Positions 39,041 through 49,988 of a stretch of DNA of 64,000 bases are shown one piece after another. Both the position numbers and the translations under genes were made by a program. Each line of letters opens with the position of its first letter. The stretch's first letter is position 1. Under the pieces are notes generated by a model that saw nothing but the letters and a program-made list of their open reading frames with translations, ran no database searches and was not told the DNA's origin. The DNA comes from Saprospiraceae bacterium. Lineage in GTDB: Bacteria; Bacteroidota; Bacteroidia; Chitinophagales; Saprospiraceae. The DNA lies in assembly GCA_965223025.1 (NCBI GenBank), contig CBDCVP010000021.1, forward strand, positions 332,920-396,919, in the 5' to 3' direction.

Positions 39041-40042
39041 ATGGCGGACGATAATTTCATAGACTATATACGAATCCATTGTCGGTCTGGAAAGGGAGGA
39101 GCAGGGTCGGTCCATTTTCATCGAGATAGACTAAATGCAAAGGGTGGACCCGATGGCGGTGATGGTGGCAGGGGGGGGCATATTATACTGGAGGGTGACC
39201 GAAATATGTGGACTTTATTGCCCCTACGATATCGGAAACACATTATTGCAGGAGCTGGTGCACCGGGCGGTGGAGCACACAGTACAGGAGCAGATGGAAA
39301 CGACGTAATACTGAAAGTGCCGCTTGGCACCATTGCCAAGGATGCAGAAACGGAAGTGAAAGAATGCGAGATCACAGTGCATGGAGAGCAGGTGGTTTTA
39401 CTAGAGGGTGGAATGGGTGGACAAGGGAATGCGCATTTTAAATCTGCCACCAGACAAACCCCAAGATATGCTCAGCCGGGACAAGAAGGAAAGGAAGGAT
39501 GGAAGATTCTGGAGTTGAAAATACTGGCTGATGTGGGACTGGTAGGATTCCCAAATGCAGGAAAATCAACCTTACTCTCCGTCATCTCTGCAGCAAAACC
39601 TAAAATCGGAGCATATCCATTTACCACCCTAAAACCCAATCTTGGCATTGTATCCTACTATGACAGCAAGACTTTCGTCGTGGCTGATATCCCAGGGATT
39701 ATCGAGGGGGCGCACGAGGGCAAGGGACTTGGTTTGAGATTTCTTAGGCATATCGAAAGAAATGCAGTTCTGCTCTTTATGGTGCCTTGTGATTCCGTAG
39801 ACATCACGGCTGAGTTCAAAACATTACTGAGCGAAGTCGAAAAATACAACGCTGAACTTCTCGATAAACCAAGGGTAGTGGCCATCACGAAAAGTGATCT
39901 TATTGATGATGAACTGATGAGATGGCTCAAAGAGGAACTTCCGGCCAAATGGGATACTGTTTTCATCAGTTCCGCCACTATGCAAGGACTTCAAACGCTC
40001 AAAGATAGACTATGGTTGGCATTGAACCGGGATGCTGGATGA
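39041..40042 (+). CDS. obg: GTPase Obg/CgtA
   Basis: Gly-rich Obg fold (GGDGGRGG) followed by GTPase G1 (GFPNAGKST) and G3/G4 motifs. Confidence 0.9.
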   Translation: MADDNFIDYIRIHCRSGKGGAGSVHFHRDRLNAKGGPDGGDGGRGGHIILEGDRNMWTLLPLRYRKHIIAGAGAPGGGAHSTGADGNDVILKVPLGTIAKDAETEVKECEITVHGEQVVLLEGGMGGQGNAHFKSATRQTPRYAQPGQEGKEGWKILELKILADVGLVGFPNAGKSTLLSVISAAKPKIGAYPFTTLKPNLGIVSYYDSKTFVVADIPGIIEGAHEGKGLGLRFLRHIERNAVLLFMVPCDSVDITAEFKTLLSEVEKYNAELLDKPRVVAITKSDLIDDELMRWLKEELPAKWDTVFISSATMQGLQTLKDRLWLALNRDAG

Positions 40043-40101
40043 AGGTCAAGCTCGTGTGGCTCGTGATACAATTGTGATAGTTAATTGGTTATTTTGATCC
40101 T

Positions 40102-40803
40102 ATGAAATCGATATTGGCTATCGAGGATGATCCGAGTTTGCTTGAATTATTGAAGATTCATCTGCGCGACATTCATTGCGAACTGCATACATCCATGGAT
40201 GGAAGGGAAGGATTGCAGAAGATCCTGAATCAAGAATACGATTTGGTTATTTTGGATGTGATGCTGCCTTCCTTAGACGGTTTTGAAATATGCAAGGAGG
40301 CTCGTTCGGCACAGATCACCACACCGATTCTCATGCTTACCGCCAAGACAGAAGAAATAGATAAGATACTGGGCTTGGAGATCGGTGCCGACGACTACGT
40401 GGTAAAGCCGTTTAGTATCAGGGAGTTAATAGCACGCATCAAGGCTTTGTTGAGGCGATCTCAACTGGCTACAGATGCAGTAGACCAGCGCGACTCCACC
40501 CGAATTTTAGCGGGAAATCTGGTCATTGATCTGGCAAAGAGAAAAGTCACCATCGATGAGCAGCGCGTTGAGTTATCACCTAAGGAGTTTGATCTATTGA
40601 CGCTCTTAGCCAAAAATCCCGGGGTAAGTTACAGTAGAAATCGATTGCTAAATCTGGTGTGGGGACATGATTTTGAAGGATTTGCCCATACCGTCAACTC
40701 TCATATAAATAGGCTTAGAGCTAAGATTGAGCCAGACATGTCCTCACCTCATTACATCCTAACTACTTGGGGTATTGGTTATCGCTTTAACGAAGACCTC
40801 TGA
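40102..40803 (+). CDS. OmpR-family response regulator (REC + winged helix)
   Basis: LVILDVMLPSLDGFEI and a C-terminal trans_reg_C pattern (YILTTWGIGYRF). Confidence 0.85.
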   Translation: MKSILAIEDDPSLLELLKIHLRDIHCELHTSMDGREGLQKILNQEYDLVILDVMLPSLDGFEICKEARSAQITTPILMLTAKTEEIDKILGLEIGADDYVVKPFSIRELIARIKALLRRSQLATDAVDQRDSTRILAGNLVIDLAKRKVTIDEQRVELSPKEFDLLTLLAKNPGVSYSRNRLLNLVWGHDFEGFAHTVNSHINRLRAKIEPDMSSPHYILTTWGIGYRFNEDL

Positions 40804-40830
40804 TATTTCATCATCCAGCGATGCACACAT

Positions 40831-42285
40831 ATGAACAACAAATTATTTTGGAAAATCTCCCTGGTGTTTCTCCTGATCATCATCGGTATTGGCTCGATCT
40901 ATATCTACCTGGCAGCATTTACTTCCCGGACCTATTTTGAAGAAGCCAATCAAAGGCTAAACAGCATGATTGCTGAGCACACGGTTAAGGAGGTGACCCC
41001 ACTGGTAAACGGCAAAGTAGACACAAATGCCATACAGGAGATCATGCACTCGATGATGGTAATCAATCCGAGTGTCGAGGTATACTTGTTGGATACGGAG
41101 GGTAATATCATCACCTATGTAGCCCCCTACAAAGAAGTGAAACTGGAGAAAGTATCGGTAGATCCGATCTATAGGTTTATCACTGGAGACAGTGAGCAGG
41201 TGGTGAAAGGTGATGATCCACGGAATCCAGGTCAGCAGAAAGTTTTCTCAGCCGCAGCCATCAGAGAAAATGATCGCACTTCTGGATATATCTATATCAT
41301 CCTGGCCAGCGAAGAGCAGACTTCTGTATTGTCCACCTTGCTGAGCAGCTATGTGCTAAAGCTCGGTACGAAGACTTTTTTAATATCACTTTCGATTGCG
41401 CTGCTCCTGGGTATTTTGACCTTTCTGTATCTCACCAGGAATCTTAGGAGAATTATCCAGGTGGTCAGTCGATTTAAGGAGGGTGATATGACAGCCAGGA
41501 TCGATGCCAAAGGGGACCTGCGACAACTTGGAGAAACCTTTAATGCGATGGCAGATAAGATCGTCAATAACATCAATGAACTGCGATCGGTGGAGAAACT
41601 CAGGCGGGAATTGATTGCCAATGTTTCCCACGATCTACGCACCCCCTTATCCGTGATAAGAGGGTATATCGAAACCTTAGTGATGAAGGATGACATCAGT
41701 GAGGAAGATCAAAAACGATACCTCACAATTGTGCATGACAGCAGTGAGAATCTGTCGCAGCTGATCGAGCAATTGTTTGAATACTCAAAGTTGGAAGCTC
41801 AGGAGATAACACCGGAGAAAGAACCTTTCCAAATGTCGGATTTGATTCAAGACATTATCATGAAGTTTGATGTCATCGCTGAAGGTAAGGGGATCAGTGT
41901 CAATTTAAATGCGCCCAAGAATCTTCCCATGGTGTTTGCAGACATCGCCTTGGTCGAGCGGGCCGTCAGCAACTTGCTAGACAATGCACTAAAGTATGGA
42001 AGCAAAAATGGCCAAGTAAACATCCGCTTAGAAGACTCCGATGCCCATGTAGCGATATCTATCTCTGATGATGGACCTGGCATACCTGTCAGCGAGCAGT
42101 CTTACATATTTGAAAGGTATAGGCGCTTTGACCGTAGCAAATCGAATCGAAAAGGTGCGGGACTAGGGCTGGCAATCGTCAAGAAGATTCTCGAGATACA
42201 CAATCAGCGGATCAAGGTTTTTTCTGAATCAGGGAAGGGGGCATCGTTTGTTTTTGCATTGCCTACGTATCAGGCCTCGGCTTGA
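40831..42285 (+). CDS. Sensor histidine kinase (2 TM, HAMP, HisKA, HATPase_c)
   Basis: H-box ANVSHDLRTPL. N/G boxes (DNALKYG, GLGLAIVKKI). Confidence 0.8.
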   Translation: MNNKLFWKISLVFLLIIIGIGSIYIYLAAFTSRTYFEEANQRLNSMIAEHTVKEVTPLVNGKVDTNAIQEIMHSMMVINPSVEVYLLDTEGNIITYVAPYKEVKLEKVSVDPIYRFITGDSEQVVKGDDPRNPGQQKVFSAAAIRENDRTSGYIYIILASEEQTSVLSTLLSSYVLKLGTKTFLISLSIALLLGILTFLYLTRNLRRIIQVVSRFKEGDMTARIDAKGDLRQLGETFNAMADKIVNNINELRSVEKLRRELIANVSHDLRTPLSVIRGYIETLVMKDDISEEDQKRYLTIVHDSSENLSQLIEQLFEYSKLEAQEITPEKEPFQMSDLIQDIIMKFDVIAEGKGISVNLNAPKNLPMVFADIALVERAVSNLLDNALKYGSKNGQVNIRLEDSDAHVAISISDDGPGIPVSEQSYIFERYRRFDRSKSNRKGAGLGLAIVKKILEIHNQRIKVFSESGKGASFVFALPTYQASA

Positions 42286-42521
42286 TTTTTTTATTGTCGC
42301 ACACGTGACACTTTGAGTGTTAAACGTATCAGGGGCCCTTTCTCACGACCGAGTTCTTGCACGGTGCATTCCTATTATCTGCAGATTATCAGTGTGTTAC
42401 AGCATGGAGAGATCGGCTGTGATTCAACTCTTCCCGCTTGTGATATTCTCGTGATCTTTCGGTGATGAATTCATGATTATGGATTTATACTTTGGTTGGA
42501 GATAATCAAAAACTAATCGAA

Positions 42522-45500
42522 ATGAATGTAAGAAAGATTACCTCCACGATGATGATGTGCTGGATGATGATGGCATATCAATCGGCATATAGTCAATGTA
42601 TCGCCAACCAGCAAGTGAAGACCTTCAATGGCGACACTGAAGTACAAATTTGTCTGGGTAGCGGTTTGACCAGTGTTTATATGGTGCCTCAATATCAGTC
42701 TAGTCCGGTGGTGTATGCCATCACCGACGAACAAGATATGATACTGGATATTGTGCACGGTAGCAAGATTGATTTTGGTGGAGCTCCTCCAGGCGTTTGC
42801 AGGGTATATGGAGTCTCTTGGTGGGGCACACCTTTTGATCCTGTGGGAGCTTCTGTGCATGAGGCAGTATTTTCTGACTATTGCTACGAAATATCTGCGA
42901 ACTATGTAGAAGTCACCCGGATCTTGCTGGGATCTGGTACCGTACAAACGGAGGCCGGCCATACCCAAGTCTATACCTGTCCAGGTGATGGAATTGCCGA
43001 TGTTGTTTCATTCACCTATGAGGGTACAAGCGAGGCTAGCTTTACTTACCTCATTACGGATCCAGACTTCAATATTTTAGGTGTTCCAGATGGTACTTCA
43101 CAAGACTTTGAAGGTGCTGGAATTGGAGTGTGCCTGGTCTGGGGTCTCAATTACGAGGGGGATTTGCTGGCATCGGTTGGTGGTAATGCCAAGACCGATG
43201 AGCTTGCCTCAGGTTGCTATGGTCTCACAGAGACACCGATCACAGTTACAAGAGCCATTCCAGAAGGAGGGCAAATACTCACTGCCAATGGTGAGGATGA
43301 AATCGATCTCTGCGTAGGCGATGGCTTATCTGACCTCACCGAATTTGAAGGACATGGAATTTCGGAAGCTGGATTCCGTCTGGTGGTGACGGATGATGCC
43401 AACAATATAGTGGGTCTACCTCCGGCAAATGCTGTGGACTTTGATGACGCAGGCCAAGGCGTATGTCGTGTTTGGGGAGCCTCTTACACTGGAAATTTCC
43501 TCTTAGAACTAGGTCAGAATATCGAAGATGCCGAGATTTCTGACGCTTGCAATGACCTCTCAGATGGTTTTGTGCAGGTGAATCGCACCGAGGTGAAAGG
43601 CGGCACGGTGCAGACGACCGATGGAGCCACCACGGTATACACATGCACGCAGGACGGAACAGATGATGTCTTTAACTTCGAAAGGAGCGATGCCATGGGA
43701 GATCATTTTAAATATGTCATTACTACTCCCGACCTAGAAATTTTGGGTATCGTGGATAATATGCAGAATTTCGATGGAGCACCTCCAGGTATCTGTTGGG
43801 TATGGGGATTATCCTACTCAGGTGGTCTCACAGCAGAGGTTGGTGACAACGCTGGTGAAGTGAGTCTTTCCGATGGTTGCTCTGACTTGTCGGATAACTA
43901 CATTGTAGTAAACAGGGATGTGCCAGATGGAGGTACAGTGTCTATGCCATCAGGTGCCACCGAACGCTTCACATGTGCCCAGGATGGACAAGCCGATGTG
44001 GTAAAATTTACCCATGCCGATGCCTCCAATTCAAGATATATTTACATCATCACCAGCCCTGACCTGGAGATTTTAGGTATTGCGAGTGGAGACAGCATGG
44101 ATTTCGACGGAGCACCTCCGGGCACATGTTGGGTGTGGGGAATGGCCTATACGGGTTCTATTATTGCTGAGGTGGGCGATACAGTGGGTCAAGTACCTAT
44201 GACCGATGATTGTTTTGACTTCTCTGAAAATGTCATTAAAGTGATCAGAGACGTGCCCGATGGTGGCTCAGTGAGTACGCACGTTGGTGATACGGTCGTC
44301 TATACGTGTCCACAAGACGGACAGGCAGATCTGGTCAGTTTCAGCCACCAAGGTGCATCTGAGTCTAAATACGCTTACATCATAACTTCTCCCGATCTCG
44401 AAATCTTAGGTGTGACGACCGATAGTGAGATGGATTTTGATGGAGCTCCTCCAGGCAACTGCTTGGTGTGGGGATTGGCCTACACAGGAGAGTTGACAGC
44501 CCAAGTAGGTGACAATGCTGGTGAGATATCATTGTCGGATGACTGTTATGACTTATCCGATAACTACATTGAGGTGATCAGACGCAAACCAGAGGGGGGT
44601 ACAGTCAGTATGCCATCGGGGGCCACGGAGCGCACTACCTGCACTCAGGATGGTTCGTCAGATGTGGTTGTGTTCGTCCCTGATGGTCAGAGCGACTCTA
44701 AATATGCATATGTGATTACATCACCGGCACTAGAGATCCTCGGAATCGAGTTGAATGATAGTCATGATTTTGATGATGCACCGCCTGGCACCTGCTGGGT
44801 GTGGGGTCTTGCATACACTGGTGTCATCACTGCTCAAGTTGGTGACCAAGCCGATGAGGTCCAACTCAGTAGTGGTTGTGCTGATTTAAGCGATAACTAC
44901 ATTGAAGTCATCCGCACCAGTCCTGAGGGTGGTCAGGTAGCTACGCATGATGGTGATACGGTGGTGTATACTTGCACCCAAGATAGCACAGCAGATATCG
45001 TAGAGATGGTGCATGAAGGGACTAGTGGTGCCTCCTATGTATATATCATCACATCCCCAGAATTGGAGATTCTGGGCATCGAAACGAATGATAATCATGA
45101 TTTTAACGACGCACCTCCTGGTACCTGCTGGATTTGGGGAATGGCATATACCGGAGCATTAACAGCAGAGGTCGGCCAACATGCTGGCGAGAGTGCCCTT
45201 TCAGATGGTTGTTTTGATCTTTCAGACAACTATATCACCGTGATAAGAGATGTTCCTGAGGGAGGTACCGTAGAAATGCCTTCGGGCGCTACGACTCGAT
45301 ACACTTGTACAGAAGATGGTCGAGCCGATGTGGTATCTTTTGTAAATAAGGGAGCATCCCACTCAAAATATGCCTACATCATCACTTCACCAACCTTGGA
45401 GATCCTAGGTATTGAGTTCAATGACAGTCATGATTTTGATGATGCCCCTCCAGGTACATGTTGGGTGTGGGGTCTGGCCTACACCGGTAAGATCACTGCT

Positions 45501-46559
45501 CAAGTGGGAGATCAAGCTGATGCTGTCCCGATCACTGATGATTGCTATGATCTATCCGATAATTATATCGAGGTGGTCAGAGATATACCCGATGGCGGTA
45601 CGGTAGCCATGCCGTCAGGTGCTACCATAAGATATACGTGCACCCAGGACGGGAATGCCGATGAAGTATCTTTTGTAGCGGCCGACGTTTCAAATAGTAG
45701 GTATGCCTACATCATCACTTCACCGAGCTTAGAGATCCTTGGCATTGAGTTTAATGATAGTCATGATTTTGACGATGCACCCCCAGGTACATGCTGGGTG
45801 TGGGGTTTGGCCTACACCGGGGAGATCACAGCAGAGGTAGGTGATCAAGCAGATGAGGTTGAGTTGGCCAGCGATTGTGCAGATTTATCTGATAATTATA
45901 TTACGGTGCATCGGGATTCTCTCGATGGTGGCATGGTGCACACCGATGATGACCTGACCATGATAAATACGGTGGCCGGAGATGGCAGTGCCGACATCAT
46001 AGTCTTTGAACACGAGGATGCCTCTAATAGCAAGTATGCCTACGTCATCACCAATGCGGATAATGAGATACTGGGTTTGCCTGAAGGGGATCGCCAAGAT
46101 TTTGAAGGAGCCGGAGCCGGAGTATGCCGAGTCTGGGGATTGGCCTATACGGGAATGATCACAGCTGCAATCGGAGATGCCATCGACAGCGTGGCCCTAT
46201 CCGACGATTGCTATGACCTTTCAGATAACTTTATTGAGGTCACTCGCACCAGTGGTGAGGGATTGCTAAATACTAGACCGGCATTCACTTCAGACAACCT
46301 TAGGACTGATGGCTTAGAGGCTACGGTGCAGAATCCGGTCGATGGTCGAATATTGGGTACGGTGAAGGTCGATCATGATCGGCAGGTGAACCTGGGACTA
46401 CACACGTATCATGGCTTACCTGTGCGAATTGAATCGGTCCGTGCGACCAGCGGTGTTATCACCATTGATTGGTCGGCTTCATCATTGGTCAAAGGGATGT
46501 ACGTCCTGACCATTACTGATGGCCAGAGAGTGGTGACAAAGAAGCTAGTAGTACTATAG
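42522..46559 (+). CDS. Large T9SS-secreted surface protein composed of about 12 tandem 111-aa Cys-containing repeat modules
   Basis: Signal-like N-terminus. Repeat consensus ...GGTV.MPSGAT.RYTCTQDG.ADVV.F...AS.SKYAYIITSP.LEILGI..NDSHDFDDAPPGTCWVWGLAYTG.ITA.VGDQADEV.LSDDCYDLSDNYIEVIR.. with 333-nt periodicity. C-terminal Por-type sorting domain (GMYVLTITDGQRVVTKKLVVL). The ORF track starts at 42492; an internal Met is used here. Confidence 0.6.
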   Translation: MNVRKITSTMMMCWMMMAYQSAYSQCIANQQVKTFNGDTEVQICLGSGLTSVYMVPQYQSSPVVYAITDEQDMILDIVHGSKIDFGGAPPGVCRVYGVSWWGTPFDPVGASVHEAVFSDYCYEISANYVEVTRILLGSGTVQTEAGHTQVYTCPGDGIADVVSFTYEGTSEASFTYLITDPDFNILGVPDGTSQDFEGAGIGVCLVWGLNYEGDLLASVGGNAKTDELASGCYGLTETPITVTRAIPEGGQILTANGEDEIDLCVGDGLSDLTEFEGHGISEAGFRLVVTDDANNIVGLPPANAVDFDDAGQGVCRVWGASYTGNFLLELGQNIEDAEISDACNDLSDGFVQVNRTEVKGGTVQTTDGATTVYTCTQDGTDDVFNFERSDAMGDHFKYVITTPDLEILGIVDNMQNFDGAPPGICWVWGLSYSGGLTAEVGDNAGEVSLSDGCSDLSDNYIVVNRDVPDGGTVSMPSGATERFTCAQDGQADVVKFTHADASNSRYIYIITSPDLEILGIASGDSMDFDGAPPGTCWVWGMAYTGSIIAEVGDTVGQVPMTDDCFDFSENVIKVIRDVPDGGSVSTHVGDTVVYTCPQDGQADLVSFSHQGASESKYAYIITSPDLEILGVTTDSEMDFDGAPPGNCLVWGLAYTGELTAQVGDNAGEISLSDDCYDLSDNYIEVIRRKPEGGTVSMPSGATERTTCTQDGSSDVVVFVPDGQSDSKYAYVITSPALEILGIELNDSHDFDDAPPGTCWVWGLAYTGVITAQVGDQADEVQLSSGCADLSDNYIEVIRTSPEGGQVATHDGDTVVYTCTQDSTADIVEMVHEGTSGASYVYIITSPELEILGIETNDNHDFNDAPPGTCWIWGMAYTGALTAEVGQHAGESALSDGCFDLSDNYITVIRDVPEGGTVEMPSGATTRYTCTEDGRADVVSFVNKGASHSKYAYIITSPTLEILGIEFNDSHDFDDAPPGTCWVWGLAYTGKITAQVGDQADAVPITDDCYDLSDNYIEVVRDIPDGGTVAMPSGATIRYTCTQDGNADEVSFVAADVSNSRYAYIITSPSLEILGIEFNDSHDFDDAPPGTCWVWGLAYTGEITAEVGDQADEVELASDCADLSDNYITVHRDSLDGGMVHTDDDLTMINTVAGDGSADIIVFEHEDASNSKYAYVITNADNEILGLPEGDRQDFEGAGAGVCRVWGLAYTGMITAAIGDAIDSVALSDDCYDLSDNFIEVTRTSGEGLLNTRPAFTSDNLRTDGLEATVQNPVDGRILGTVKVDHDRQVNLGLHTYHGLPVRIESVRATSGVITIDWSASSLVKGMYVLTITDGQRVVTKKLVVL

Positions 46560-46571
46560 TGAGTGCCCAAA

Positions 46572-46615
46572 AAGATCGCCAAATCAAAAACGGTGCTTTG
46601 GTGATCTTTTTATTT
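46572..46615 (+). terminator. Rho-independent terminator after the repeat-protein gene
   Basis: AGATCGCCAAA...TTTGGTGATCT stem (one G-T wobble) followed by TTTTTATTTTT. Confidence 0.55.
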
Positions 46616-46962
46616 TTCTCAATCGGCTGATAAACAGCCAGCACCCAATCATGAATTGGTAAAAATCTCATCCAAAACAGCACCTTTTCCGGAGACGACA
46701 CTGTCTGAGGTGCACCCCTGTAGTATGAAAGCTGAATCCTGTTCGAACCAGGTAAGGCTTAATAAAATGAAAATCTTCGGAAAGATTTTGATGATTCCGG
46801 AGTGGATCCAAAGTTCATGCGGTTAATGAGAGGGGGAGCAGGCGCCAAAGGCACTTGCTCCTTCCTTCCATATTACACTTGGCGACTTGACGCAGTATCT
46901 TCATGCATAATCTGGAAACAGCGTACCGAATAAGTCATAAGAACCCAGTATGATTTATGTCA

Positions 46963-48849
46963 CTATGCTGTCTCTGCGCTTGGCAGTTGGTGCCCTTCTG
47001 CCAGCGTCTTTGCGACCCAGGCAAAACAAGAAGCTGTATCATCAAAAATGTGATCTTCAGAGATGAGATCGGGAATGATGTCGCTCACTTCCATCAGATA
47101 TCTAGGCTGCTTCTGTAGGCCAAGCAGAAGTACATCTATCTCGCTATTGGTGAGATCGATGATGATACTGTCCATGGCATTAACCCCAGATTTATCAAGG
47201 TATGGTACTCGATCCATCCTAATGATCGCTATCGAAGCGGATCTTGGTATTTGATTGGCCAACTGCTGCATCTCACTCGTACTCCCAAAAAATACCGGAC
47301 CGTGAAGGTGCTTGATGAATACTTTCTTTCTTAGTGCTTTTGGAAGTTTTTCTTCATCAGGCCATACCTCCGAATCCTCTATCGGTTGGACTCTCGATTC
47401 TTCGGCTGTCACCTCCGACATTTTCTTCATAAACATCAGGCAAGCTATCACCATACCAATGCCAACGGCGAAGATCAGATCCCAAAAGACGGTCAGCGAT
47501 AGCACGATAATCAGCACTACGGCATCGGTGCGGGGCATGCTGCCGAGTGCCCTTAGACCTCTGTAGTCCATCACACCAAATCCCACCGTGATCAGGATGC
47601 CTGCCAGAACTGCTTTGGGTATTTCCTCTGCATATGGTCCCAAAATGAGCAGAATCACCAGTAGGAGTAATCCCGCAATCATGCCGGAGAGCTTAGTCTT
47701 ACCACCGGCCTGGATATTCACCACAGTTCGAATGGTTGCACCAGCACCGGGTAATCCTCCAAAAAGTGCAGCAATACTGTTACCGATCCCTTGACCAAAT
47801 AACTCTTGATCGCTGTTGTGTTTCGTCTTGGTCATATTATCGGCTACCACAGAAGTGAGTAGGGAATCTATGGCACCAAGCAATGCCAATGATAGAGCGG
47901 TGAATATGTAGGGACTTATTGAACCGAGTGAAAATGCAGTAAACATATCAAGATGCAACGGGGGAAATCCAGTGGGAATCTCTCCGATAATCAATGCATC
48001 GAGGTCCAGAAACAATACGGCCAATGTGAGCGCGAGCAAGGCCACCAAGGTGCTCGGTATTGATTTTGTGACATACTTAAAGCCATATATGATAAATATG
48101 GTGATAAGGCCCAAGATCAATTCCAGCCAATCGACCTGTTTCAGTGCCCTGGACAAATATTTAAGTGAACCGATTACTCCTCCTGCATCTTGAGTCGCCA
48201 ATGCCTGGGACTCGATGATGATTTCTTCGGTCTGGATCAATTCCGCCCGACGGACGGTTTCTTTGAAATCTTCCAAGACCAGTAAACCCTCATCTGCCTC
48301 TTCCCGCAAGATTTTATCCAGCAGTACCTCTTCTGCCTGGGGCTTAAATGCTTCGATCATTTCTTGATCGTTGGCTACACTGTATCCTAATAGCGCAGGA
48401 ATCTGAGTGATAAGAATGATGATTCCGATGCCGGTCATAAATCCCGATACTACCGGGTAAGGTATGTACTTAATGAGCCGCCCCACTTTTAAAAAACCGA
48501 GCAAAATCTGCATGATACCTGCTAGAAAAAAGATCATGAGAATAAAGGGCAGCGCCTCGTTCACGTTTCCATTAGATTTTTGAATGAGGCCACCCACAAT
48601 AACCATACTGACGGCAGTCATCGGTGCAGTTGGACCACTGATCTGGGTAGGCGTACCTCCAAATAATGCTGCAAAGAAGGCAATAAAGATGGCTCCATAC
48701 AGGCCAGCAGGTGCCCCTAGGCCTGACTGAACTCCAAATGCAAGAGCCAGGGGTAGGGCGACGATGCCAGCTGTTAGACCCCCGAAAAGGTCCCCCTTAA
48801 AAGAGGCGAAGAATGACTTATTTATGGTATATGTGTTCTGATTGTTCAT
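46963..48849 (-). CDS. SulP-family anion (sulfate/bicarbonate) transporter with C-terminal STAS domain
   Basis: Conserved SulP N-terminal blocks (GGLTAGIVALPLALAFG, GPTAPMTAV), many TM helices, and a STAS-like tail. Confidence 0.8.
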   Translation of the reverse strand: MNNQNTYTINKSFFASFKGDLFGGLTAGIVALPLALAFGVQSGLGAPAGLYGAIFIAFFAALFGGTPTQISGPTAPMTAVSMVIVGGLIQKSNGNVNEALPFILMIFFLAGIMQILLGFLKVGRLIKYIPYPVVSGFMTGIGIIILITQIPALLGYSVANDQEMIEAFKPQAEEVLLDKILREEADEGLLVLEDFKETVRRAELIQTEEIIIESQALATQDAGGVIGSLKYLSRALKQVDWLELILGLITIFIIYGFKYVTKSIPSTLVALLALTLAVLFLDLDALIIGEIPTGFPPLHLDMFTAFSLGSISPYIFTALSLALLGAIDSLLTSVVADNMTKTKHNSDQELFGQGIGNSIAALFGGLPGAGATIRTVVNIQAGGKTKLSGMIAGLLLLVILLILGPYAEEIPKAVLAGILITVGFGVMDYRGLRALGSMPRTDAVVLIIVLSLTVFWDLIFAVGIGMVIACLMFMKKMSEVTAEESRVQPIEDSEVWPDEEKLPKALRKKVFIKHLHGPVFFGSTSEMQQLANQIPRSASIAIIRMDRVPYLDKSGVNAMDSIIIDLTNSEIDVLLLGLQKQPRYLMEVSDIIPDLISEDHIFDDTASCFAWVAKTLAEGHQLPSAETA

Positions 48850-48988
48850 GCTGTATTCTTTTGGACCAAGGTCGAGAAAATCAAATTCCGACGGTCATAT
48901 CTTTTCAGATGGATCTGATCAATATAAAAAATGAATTTTCTGAGTATGGGTCGATGATCCTACTGAATCATCAAAGTGAGATGTCGGC

Positions 48989-49255
48989 CTACTTAGGGGG
49001 TGGATGTGAGGGGTCGAGGTAGCATTGTTGAAAAGCCAAGGTTAAAACTTCCAAGCCAAAACGTATGGGAAGTGCATGATCCCAGCAGATGTCTTGGTTG
49101 ACGCTAACCAGCTCCTTCTCTTCCTTAAGTTCCTCATAAAGGCTTTGGTTGAAAGTAGTCTCAACAATCTTTGTATCTCCCGTGTCTTCAGATGCATGGA
49201 TGGTTAGTGTGCAAGCAATCAGCAGAATGGATAATACCATGCTGTTTGCGATCAT
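48989..49255 (-). CDS. Hypothetical small secreted protein
   Basis: Signal-peptide-like start (MIANSMVLSILLIACTLTIHA) chosen over the longer ORF-track start. No family recognised. Confidence 0.3.
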   Translation of the reverse strand: MIANSMVLSILLIACTLTIHASEDTGDTKIVETTFNQSLYEELKEEKELVSVNQDICWDHALPIRFGLEVLTLAFQQCYLDPSHPPPK

Positions 49256-49548
49256 TTTGGCATATGGTTGCAGCTGGATCATTGGTTTTTGAAAATCAAA
49301 TCGGTGCATGAAATTATAGGTTTTTAGATAATCATCTGCATGATGAAGCAATTTTTAGTCATCCGAAAGCTTAAACCTCCGAGAAGTAGCGATGTCTTTG
49401 GCTCTTTGCCATCGTTGAAATATACTTAGGAGCATGCAGTATGAATTGGTGTGCTCTCTCTAAAGTAACGAGATGGCTTGCGATCGAGGGTATAGCCTAG
49501 GCCGTGCAAATTTTAATATTTTTGGATGCATCTAAATCGGACTTTATT

Positions 49549-49956
49549 ATGATGAAGAAATATGAATTGGATGATCTTGTGGTACTGTGGAAATCAGATT
49601 TGTGTGTTCACTCCGGTATTTGTGTGCGTGGATTAGGTGAGGTTTTTGATCCAAACAGAAGGCCGTGGATCGATTTGTCCAAGGCGGAGAAGGACGAGAT
49701 CGTCAAACAGGTTAAAGCTTGCCCCTCGGGTGCCATCTCATTGGGGATGGCCGAGCAGCCAGATGATCAGTCTAGTCACTTAGCGGTGGTTGAGGTCGTT
49801 CCTGATGGACCGATCAAGCTCACCAATTCACCCGGTATGATCGAGGTAGACGGTGAGCCATTTGAAGGTAAGGCCTGCTTTTTATGCAGGTGTGGAGCAT
49901 CCACCAACAAGCCCTTTTGTGATGGCTCGCACAAGAAGATAAACTTCGTTGGGTAA
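49549..49956 (+). CDS. CDGSH-type iron-sulfur domain protein with N-terminal divergent 4Fe-4S mono-cluster-like domain
   Basis: C-terminal CRCGASTNKPFCDGSH (CDGSH motif). N-terminal CxxGxC...C pattern (LCVHSGICVRG...CPSGA). Confidence 0.6.
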   Translation: MMKKYELDDLVVLWKSDLCVHSGICVRGLGEVFDPNRRPWIDLSKAEKDEIVKQVKACPSGAISLGMAEQPDDQSSHLAVVEVVPDGPIKLTNSPGMIEVDGEPFEGKACFLCRCGASTNKPFCDGSHKKINFVG

Positions 49957-49988
49957 CCATATAGTATTACAGTAGGAGCTGGACAACC

